60,667 nucleotides of DNA from Minisyncoccota bacterium. GTDB taxonomy: Bacteria; Patescibacteriota; Minisyncoccia; Phycocordibacterales; Phycocordibacteraceae. The position numbers were made by a program, and so were the translations under genes. Below the pieces are notes generated by a model, which did not search any database, had not been told where the DNA came from, and saw nothing but the letters and a program-made list of their open reading frames with translations. Shown one piece after another: positions 55,132 to 60,667 of the stretch. Positions within the stretch are counted from its first letter, which is position 1. Each line of letters starts with the position of its first letter. Location: assembly GCA_035548315.1 (NCBI GenBank), contig DASZTF010000058.1:1-60667 (forward strand). Direction: 5' to 3'.

Positions 55132-55319
55132 TCAGCTAACAGTAGATTTCCTGATCCATCGCTGGAACACGATTTCGCCTATGACCACGAGCTTGGCGGC
55201 CAGGACTGCCGCTAAGAGTGCGGCTTCGTATTCCCGCGGAAGATGTCCCGAATGTAGAGGTACGCGCTCCCCGCGGCAAGTAGCGCCGCAATCGCACCCA
55301 AAATAACTTTGATATCCAT
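55132..55319 (-). pseudogene. Possible frameshifted small membrane-protein gene
   Basis: ATG 55319 lies 1 nt after the upstream stop and opens a 35-aa ORF (MDIKVILGAIAALLAAGSAYLYIRDIFRGNTKPHS*). A hydrophobic reading frame (LLAAVLAAKLVVIGEIVFQRWIRK...) continues in another frame to 55132. Confidence 0.25.
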
Positions 55320-55320
55320 A

Positions 55321-56325
55321 CTAGGTTTTGATTAAGGCAGAGAAGTGTTCGCGCAAGAACGTGTGGATGCGGTCGGCGGCATCCTTCTTGGTTGCGTCGT
55401 TCTGTTCGAGCATGTAGTGGTAGGGCGCCGCGATGGTAAGCGCGTAGACGACATACAGGTCATCGAGCGCGCGGTTCACGGTGAGCCCCGATGATTCTTC
55501 GTACCCCGCGATGCAGGCGTCAAAGAATTCCCTCTCACCACTCAGCACCCACATGTCTGCGGCGAGTCGATACACCGGCGTGCCGTGGTATTCGATGAGC
55601 CACGCTTCCTTTGGAGAATAGGTATCCATGAGGTAGAGCGTCCCGCCCGTGTAGAGCGCGTTGTGACTGTGGATGTCTCCGCCATAGGCAAGGGCCGCGG
55701 TGAGCTCTCCCGTAAAAAGGGCGCGGTGCTGCTCGCGGAAATCGGTCATGTAGGCGCAGTAGGTATCTATTTCCGCTGAAGGTATGCGGTGCTCCATGAC
55801 CCGCATCCACGCGCGCGCATCGTCGATGCGGTCTTGGAATATCTCGTCGTAATTGAGGCCCCCGGGAAGCGGGGTACGCACTTTCTGCAGACTCTCGCCG
55901 AGGCCCTTGCCGATCGCGAAGGCGTCGTCCCGGGTGATCGCTCCCCGGAGCAATTTCTCAAATAGAATGTCGTGCGTATCGACGCGGTTCATGGTAATCA
56001 CCAACTCCTCCGCCTCCTCTCTGGGGACAAAGACAACGCCATCTTCCTGCGCCCGCACCCCGATCAGTTCCGTGTACACCGATGGGGTAGACGCGTGGTT
56101 CCAGGCAAAGTCTTTTTCCGTGAAGCGAAACCGCGCATCCTTGCTTGAGAAATCCTGGAAGCTCTCGTTGAAGGTCTGGTTGTCATTTTTGTAAAACTTG
56201 TAGACGCGGTCGTCGAAGAGAAACACGTTTGAGATGAACGTCTCGATGTGTTTGGGCGCATGCGTTTCTCCGGGCGCCTTCCCCTGCTTCATGAGTGCTA
56301 CCAGCCCTTCCTGCGTGTATGCCAT
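55321..56325 (-). CDS. Aminoglycoside-phosphotransferase-like (protein-kinase-fold) protein
   Basis: 334 aa. The N-terminal HIETFISNVFLFDDRVYKFYK pattern resembles the ETHIS..VYK.KK start of APH-domain proteins. A DIHSHN-like catalytic loop (GGDIHSHNALY). Confidence 0.5.
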   Translation of the reverse strand: MAYTQEGLVALMKQGKAPGETHAPKHIETFISNVFLFDDRVYKFYKNDNQTFNESFQDFSSKDARFRFTEKDFAWNHASTPSVYTELIGVRAQEDGVVFVPREEAEELVITMNRVDTHDILFEKLLRGAITRDDAFAIGKGLGESLQKVRTPLPGGLNYDEIFQDRIDDARAWMRVMEHRIPSAEIDTYCAYMTDFREQHRALFTGELTAALAYGGDIHSHNALYTGGTLYLMDTYSPKEAWLIEYHGTPVYRLAADMWVLSGEREFFDACIAGYEESSGLTVNRALDDLYVVYALTIAAPYHYMLEQNDATKKDAADRIHTFLREHFSALIKT

Positions 56326-56371
56326 GTGGTGTAGTCAGTATATGCCAGAAATACGCCGTATTTGCTAATTA

Positions 56372-56400
56372 TTGACATATACATATTTTATGTATATAAT
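56372..56400 (+). promoter_or_regulatory. Consensus sigma70 promoter with an embedded palindromic operator
   Basis: TTGACA (56372-77), 17-nt spacer, TATAAT (56395-400). The spacer and -10 contain the inverted repeat TATACATA-TTT-TATGTATA. AT-rich island in GC-rich DNA. Confidence 0.65.
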
Positions 56401-56441
56401 GTAATTCGTACTAGTTCTACCCAATACAGGAAGGGAAGTGC

Positions 56442-57239
56442 ATGCCCAGTCAAGACACCGCACCGATTTCACTCGCCCAGCTTCGCGAAATCGCGATTCA
56501 CGCCGGTGGGATCATGAAGACCTACTTCAGCCACTTCGGCATGGAGCGCATCACCAAGACCGACACGACACCTCTCACTCTCGCGGACACGCAGATCAAC
56601 CGTATGGTGATCGACCGCATCCGTGAGGCGTCAAACGAGGTCGACATCGTCGGCGAAGAAGAAAGCGACCGCAGAAACAGCCCGTGGCAGGTCATGTGCG
56701 ATCCCGTCGACGGTACGTTCCCCTACACCTGGGGGATGCCCGTATCGACCTTCATGATCGGTCTCATGTACGAGCGCAAACCGGTGATGGGCGTCATCTA
56801 CGACCCCTTCACCGAGCGCATGTACTACGCCGAGCGTGGCAAGGGAGCGTGGATGAACGAGCTTCCGCTCAAGGTCTCGAGCGCTCGCGAGCGCTCGGAC
56901 CGGCCGATCGTCGGATATGTATCGTGGCCCACCTGCCCGTACAACGTCCTGAAGGTCTGCCAATACCTTGAAGAGCGTGGCGTCACCTTGGTCAACTTCT
57001 GCAGCATCGGTTACATCGAAGCTGCGGTCGCGACCGGCGAGTTCGCGGGAACGATCTTCCCGGGTACGAGCCACCACGACACCGCGCCCGGTCACATCAT
57101 CGTGAGCGAGGCTGGTGGGCGCGTGACGGACATCTTCGGCGGAGAGCTCCACTACACCGATAATAAGGTTGCGGGGCATCTCATGTCGAACGGTCACATC
57201 CACGACCTTCTGGTCGAGGCGGTCAAAGCCTGTAATTGA
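56442..57239 (+). CDS. Inositol monophosphatase-family phosphatase
   Basis: 265 aa. Motifs VGEEES and CDPVDGT, and a WD-like C-terminal motif. Confidence 0.8.
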   Translation: MPSQDTAPISLAQLREIAIHAGGIMKTYFSHFGMERITKTDTTPLTLADTQINRMVIDRIREASNEVDIVGEEESDRRNSPWQVMCDPVDGTFPYTWGMPVSTFMIGLMYERKPVMGVIYDPFTERMYYAERGKGAWMNELPLKVSSARERSDRPIVGYVSWPTCPYNVLKVCQYLEERGVTLVNFCSIGYIEAAVATGEFAGTIFPGTSHHDTAPGHIIVSEAGGRVTDIFGGELHYTDNKVAGHLMSNGHIHDLLVEAVKACN

Positions 57240-57245
57240 AACGAC

Positions 57246-57302
57246 GAACGCGGACGGTTAGACGAGCAGCGATGCTCGTACTACCGCCCGCGTTCTTTTC
57301 TT
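57246..57302 (+). terminator. Composite terminator hairpin
   Basis: Outer stem GAACGCGG.CGG / CCG.CCGCGTTC enclosing an inner ACGAGC/GCTCGT hairpin, followed by TTTTCTTT. Confidence 0.6.
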
Positions 57303-57435
57303 TGGCGCGGCCACAGAACCGACCACCTTTACCGCAGTATCTTAAATCGATCTCGATAGATAAGGCCTTGTAGTGCTGCGCCACATAGAAGGCCGAGTAT
57401 CACCTATGGGACATTGCATTTGAAGCGCATACGAA

Positions 57436-57441
57436 TACCAT
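57436..57441 (+). promoter_or_regulatory. -10 hexamer TACCAT 6 nt upstream of ATG 57448; leaderless-type promoter
   Basis: TACCAT-AGACTC-ATG. Confidence 0.45.
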
Positions 57442-57447
57442 AGACTC

Positions 57448-58053
57448 ATGAGAAACATCATCGTCCAGGAATTTATTACGCTCGATGGCGTCATGCAGGC
57501 ACCGGGTGGGCCGGAAGAAGACACTTCACTCGGGTTTACATACGGCGGGTGGACTGCGCCGTACTTTCGTGACGCAGATGCAGAAGCCGGTGAGCTCATG
57601 GGCAAGTGGCTCGCGCCGAGCGATTTGCTGCTCGGGAAGAAAACGTATGAAATCTTCGCAGCCTACTGGCCGAGCCATGCTGATATGTGGCCGGGCATTA
57701 TGGATGTCACCAAGTACGTGGTCTCCGACGTCCCGATGGAAACCACGTGGCAGAACTCGCAGGTGATCACCGGCGACGTGGTCGCAGAGATCAAGAAATT
57801 AAAAGAAGGAGAGGGCAGCGACCTCCAAGTGATCGGTAGTGGAGACATGGCGCAGACGCTGTTCAAGAATGACCTTGTGGATGAGCTGCGATTGATGACC
57901 TTCCCGATTACGCTCGGGCAGGGCAAGAAGCTGTTTGACCACGGCACCATCGCCGCAGCATTCACCATGGCCGAGCACTTTGTCGCCTCAAACGGCGTCA
58001 TCTACGCGAGCTATAAGCGCGCGGGCGAGGTAAAGACTGGTACGGTCGGATAG
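57448..58053 (+). CDS. Dihydrofolate reductase-family protein (RibD C-terminal-domain type)
   Basis: 201 aa. Motifs MRNIIVQEFITLDGVMQAPGG and LQVIGSGDMAQTL. Confidence 0.75.
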   Translation: MRNIIVQEFITLDGVMQAPGGPEEDTSLGFTYGGWTAPYFRDADAEAGELMGKWLAPSDLLLGKKTYEIFAAYWPSHADMWPGIMDVTKYVVSDVPMETTWQNSQVITGDVVAEIKKLKEGEGSDLQVIGSGDMAQTLFKNDLVDELRLMTFPITLGQGKKLFDHGTIAAAFTMAEHFVASNGVIYASYKRAGEVKTGTVG

Positions 58054-58057
58054 TGTG

Positions 58058-58129
58058 TGACCCCACGGGGAATCGAACCCCGATTTACGCCGTGAAAGGG
58101 CGCTGTCCTAGCCGTTAGACGATGGGGCC
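58058..58129 (-). tRNA. tRNA-Glu (anticodon UUC)
   Basis: Minus strand: acceptor GGCCCCA/TGGGGTC, anticodon loop CTTTCAC, T-arm GGGG-TTCGATT-CCCC, discriminator A. CCA is not encoded. Confidence 0.9.
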
Positions 58130-58176
58130 TCTAAATAGAGGCGCACCTAGCCATCCTACATTTTTGTGTCGATAAA

Positions 58177-58185
58177 TGCTAGGAT
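58177..58185 (+). promoter_or_regulatory. Extended -10 promoter (TGcTAGGAT) for the tRNA-like / tRNA-Ser / CYTH unit
   Basis: TGCTAGGAT lies 18 nt upstream of the tRNA-like element start. Confidence 0.4.
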
Positions 58186-58203
58186 ACGCAGGTTAGTTCA
58201 CCT

Positions 58204-58297
58204 GGAGAGGTGGCTGAGTGGATGGAACCGTGCGGGGCACGGTTCCATCCGAGCGCAGCGAGGAGGACGATTCATCGACCACCTGCACACCTCTCCG
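58204..58297 (+). ncRNA. tRNA-Ser-derived tRNA-like element (non-canonical; not a standard cloverleaf)
   Basis: The first 18 nt (GGAGAGGTGGCTGAGTGG) and the 3' CCTCTCCG are identical to the tRNA-Ser(CGA) 108 nt downstream. 9-bp acceptor-type stem (1-9/85-93). The core is replaced by a perfect 14-bp hairpin (58220-58250) and an imperfect hairpin with a UUCA loop. No T-arm. Confidence 0.5.
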
Positions 58298-58311
58298 GAG
58301 TAAATAACGTA

Positions 58312-58399
<88 letters not shown>

Positions 58400-58401
58400 A
58401 C

Positions 58402-58950
58402 ATGGAAATCGAAGTAAAAGCACGGTTGAAGAACGTGGCAGAAACGCTAGCGAAGCTCGAGGCGCTCGGGTGCGTGTTCTCAGACCCAAAGACGCAGGAC
58501 GACCTTATGTTTGTCGAGAAGCCAGGCGGTGTGGAGGAGATCATCAGTAACGACGTGTTTGCCCGGATTCGCATCGAGAACGGCAGTAAAGTAGTGCTCA
58601 CTATTAAAAAGCCGATCAGCAAAGTGGCCGATGTGCTCGTAAAACACGAGCACGAAGTGGTGGTGGATTCCGCAGAAGAAGCGCGCGGGATGCTCGAGTT
58701 GCTCGGCCTCAAGGAATCGGTGCGGGTGGTAAAGACGCGGCGCACCGGCCACTACGGCGCGTATGAAATCTGTATCGATGACGTAGCGGATCTCGGTTCG
58801 TTCATCGAGGTAGAGATCATGGGAGAACAGGAAGATGCGCAGGAACTACAGAACAAGATGTGGGAATTCCTCGCTTCGCTCGGTATCGCGCCTCACGACC
58901 AAGTCACACGCGGATACGATCTGTTAATGGCAGCGGCGCAGAGCGCGTAA
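58402..58950 (+). CDS. CYTH-domain protein (class IV adenylate cyclase / triphosphate tunnel metalloenzyme family)
   Basis: ORF 58210..58950 trimmed to ATG 58402 because the upstream part translates the tRNA genes. N-terminal MEIEVKARL carries the ExExK signature. Confidence 0.75.
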   Translation: MEIEVKARLKNVAETLAKLEALGCVFSDPKTQDDLMFVEKPGGVEEIISNDVFARIRIENGSKVVLTIKKPISKVADVLVKHEHEVVVDSAEEARGMLELLGLKESVRVVKTRRTGHYGAYEICIDDVADLGSFIEVEIMGEQEDAQELQNKMWEFLASLGIAPHDQVTRGYDLLMAAAQSA

Positions 58951-58951
58951 C

Positions 58952-58986
58952 AGGCACGGCCCCTCACGGGGCCGTGCCTTTGTTCT
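58952..58986. terminator. Bidirectional terminator between convergent genes
   Basis: 12-bp stem AGGCACGGCCCC-TCAC-GGGGCCGTGCCT followed by TTGTTCTG. Confidence 0.75.
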
Positions 58987-59011
58987 GAAAGAGCTTTGAA
59001 AGAGCGGAGTC

Positions 59012-59422
59012 CTATTGATTGGTCACCGAGACACCGGAATCAAGCACGCCGGTATCTTGGGCGACGCCACTGTGCATGCCGATGTTCACTGCGGCACTAA
59101 GCGCGACCGATGCCGAAGGGGCCATGACGGTGCGGACGATACCGGAGCTATCGACATAGTGGTATTCGTCGGCATTTGCGCTCGTCGAGCCAGTGCCCGT
59201 GCCAGTGACGGTGTCACCGGAATCAAGCACGCCGGTGTCGAGCGTGACGCCGCTATTCGGGTCGCGGTCGGTCGCCATCAGCATGGCGTCATTTGCATTA
59301 TCTGCCTGGATAGTGCGCACGGTGCCGCTAGTATCCACGTAGTGGTACGTGGCTGCGAACGAGGCTGCCGGAAGCGCTGCCACGGCACCGAACGCAAGTG
59401 CGGCGAGAAGGAATTTCTTCAT
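59012..59422 (-). CDS. Secreted protein with two internal ~50-aa repeats, hypothetical
   Basis: 136 aa with a signal peptide (MKKFLLAALAFGAVAALPAASFA). Repeat units YHYVDxSGxVRT...SGV..DTGVLDSG occur twice. Confidence 0.6.
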   Translation of the reverse strand: MKKFLLAALAFGAVAALPAASFAATYHYVDTSGTVRTIQADNANDAMLMATDRDPNSGVTLDTGVLDSGDTVTGTGTGSTSANADEYHYVDSSGIVRTVMAPSASVALSAAVNIGMHSGVAQDTGVLDSGVSVTNQ

Positions 59423-59521
59423 ATCTATTTGTTCTGGTTAGCCGGGTAAGTAGTGAGTTAATCATGGCAGCGCTGAACCCGCGGTGAACACCTCATTCAG
59501 GCACGCTTCATATTTTTCTGC

Positions 59522-59527
59522 TACGAT
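59522..59527 (+). promoter_or_regulatory. -10 hexamer TACGAT (TGn extended) 6 nt upstream of ATG 59534; leaderless-type promoter
   Basis: TGCTACGAT-TTGTCC-ATG. Confidence 0.45.
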
Positions 59528-59533
59528 TTGTCC

Positions 59534-60100
59534 ATGATGCCTATTACCTGGTGGATCGTGGTGGGTGCGTGGGCGGCATTTCTCATCTATTGGATTTATT
59601 CGTCGTTCTCGGTAAAGCGCACGGTGCGCCGCAACTGGGCGCTCTTTTATATACGCGTCGTGGTGATCATCGCTGCGGTATGGTACGTGGGTACGTATAA
59701 GCCCGCTCCAGGGCAGGTGTACGTGCCGGAAGCGGCCATGAATCCAGTGCTCGGCATGATCGGTGCCGCGCTTGCGGTGATCGGCGTGGCGTACGCGATT
59801 TACGCGCGCTACTACCTCGGTCGCAACTGGGGTATGCCTATGGCGGTGAAGGAGCAGCCAGAGCTCGTGACGACCGGTCCTTATGCGACGGTGCGGCACC
59901 CGATCTACACCGGCGTCATTCTCGCGATCCTCGGGTCAACACTTACGGGCGGCTGGTGGTGGCTCGTAGTCTTTGTGATCTCCACCGCCTACTTTATCTA
60001 CGCCGCGATGCGGGAAGAGAAAGAAATGGCGAAGACCTTCCCCGATACCTATCCGGCTTACAAGGCGCGTACCAAGATGTTGATCCCATACGTGTTCTAG
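59534..60100 (+). CDS. Isoprenylcysteine carboxyl methyltransferase (ICMT)/phospholipid methyltransferase-family membrane protein
   Basis: ORF 59528 (TTG) trimmed to ATG 59534. Polytopic. Motifs LVTTGPYATVRHPIYTG and REEKEM. Confidence 0.75.
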   Translation: MMPITWWIVVGAWAAFLIYWIYSSFSVKRTVRRNWALFYIRVVVIIAAVWYVGTYKPAPGQVYVPEAAMNPVLGMIGAALAVIGVAYAIYARYYLGRNWGMPMAVKEQPELVTTGPYATVRHPIYTGVILAILGSTLTGGWWWLVVFVISTAYFIYAAMREEKEMAKTFPDTYPAYKARTKMLIPYVF

Positions 60101-60161
60101 CTGCTATGATGGGAGTAGCACGAGGGTGTAAGAATCGGTCTGCATAATCGTCATATGCACT

Positions 60162-60667
60162 ATGAAATCACGCATGAAATCGCTTCAGGGATTTATAGGA
60201 GTTGAGCTCGCGATCGCGCTTGCCGTACTCGCCGTGCTCGCTATTGCGGGTGCAGGGAGCTATGTGGCGTACCACGACCGCATGACGGCAGCAGACCACG
60301 CGACCACGACACCTCCGGTAGCTACCACCACCGATGACTCATCCGCGACCACGGGTGGTGATACTACGACGAGCGGCTCCCTCGTCGTGACCGCCGCCGA
60401 CTCCGATACGACCATCCATCTCCATGTGGGCGATACGTTCGTGCTTAAGTTGGGGAGCGATAAGAATTGGAGCAATGTGGCGGTAGATAATCCCCACGTC
60501 ATCGGCACGGTAGAGACCTTCGCTGCAATTCCTGGTGCCCAGGGTATGTTCGTCGCCAAGAGCGCGGGCACTGCGAGCCTCACCGTAGTCGGCACTGCCA
60601 TCTGCAACCCAGGTGAAATGTGTCCGCAGTTCGCGCTCCTCTATAAGGTCACCTTCATCGTGGACTA
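60162..60667 (+). CDS. Type IV pilin-like protein (prepilin-type N-terminus), 3'-partial at the window edge
   Basis: Not in the ORF track because there is no stop inside the window. My translation gives MKSRMKSLQG-FIGVELAIALAVLAVL (G at -1, F at +1, E at +5). This is followed by a Thr-rich linker and a beta-rich domain with a C-x6-C pair (CNPGEMC). Confidence 0.5.
   Translation, partial: MKSRMKSLQGFIGVELAIALAVLAVLAIAGAGSYVAYHDRMTAADHATTTPPVATTTDDSSATTGGDTTTSGSLVVTAADSDTTIHLHVGDTFVLKLGSDKNWSNVAVDNPHVIGTVETFAAIPGAQGMFVAKSAGTASLTVVGTAICNPGEMCPQFALLYKVTFIVD

Noticed and set aside
55097-55306. 69-aa plus-strand ORF 55097..55306
   Set aside because: Its product is Ser/Arg/Pro-rich with no start context. 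The opposite strand carries a hydrophobic (possibly frameshifted) small membrane gene in operon position.
58204-58297. tRNA-Sec (selC) or an intron-containing tRNA-Ser as an explanation for the tRNA-like element
   Set aside because: The long acceptor stem and a UCA in a loop are suggestive. However, the UUCA loop sits where the T-arm should be and is 4-6 nt rather than 7 nt. There is no 6-bp D-stem, no variable arm and no T-arm. Removing the 14-bp hairpin does not restore a cloverleaf.

Overview
No similarity search, RNA covariance model or fold program was run. All calls come from reading the sequence and the ORF track by eye.

Content: a GC-rich, gene-dense, apparently chromosomal segment with about 75 plausible protein genes, 7 tRNAs (Ser-GGA, Gly-CCC, Arg-CCU, Phe-GAA, Val-GAC, Glu-UUC, Ser-CGA) and a compact RNase P RNA. 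There is no rRNA, CRISPR array, transposase or integrase.

Likely source (inference only): a small-genome bacterium, plausibly Patescibacteria/CPR-like. Supporting features are a coiled-coil-less ValRS, RNase J, a B12-type class II ribonucleotide reductase, a type IV pilin-like gene, many small membrane proteins and a roughly 296-nt RNase P RNA.

Recognisable modules:
- DsbA-like, VKOR and MsrA/MsrB (envelope thiol and methionine redox).
- MarR, two HlyD-type adaptors and a DHA2 MFS pump.
- An ABC permease/ATPase pair.
- nth and a MutY-like glycosylase.
- RNase J; secG and groES/groEL; LemA and HtpX.
- Riboflavin kinase and riboflavin synthase.
- nrdJ; murJ, lepA and an FtsB-like gene.
- Hsp20 and PrsW; valS, tsaD and tsaC.
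- lexA-dinB preceded by a Gram-positive-type SOS box.
- A SET-domain protein and a CYTH protein.

Many long ORFs in the track are antisense or shadow ORFs typical of GC-rich DNA and are not reported as genes.

No convincing multi-gene defence, secretion or mobile system was seen. The most unusual items are:
1. An unassigned, roughly 320-nt, highly structured transcription unit (26627-26947) with its own promoter and terminator.
2. A 94-nt tRNA-Ser-derived element (58204-58297) with an intact 9-bp acceptor stem but a rebuilt core. It lies just upstream of a bona fide tRNA-Ser that abuts a CYTH gene by 3 nt.
3. A strikingly regular TANNNT-N6-ATG arrangement at nine gene starts, implying widespread leaderless mRNAs.
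4. A tRNA-bracketed islet carrying a 377-aa orphan protein.
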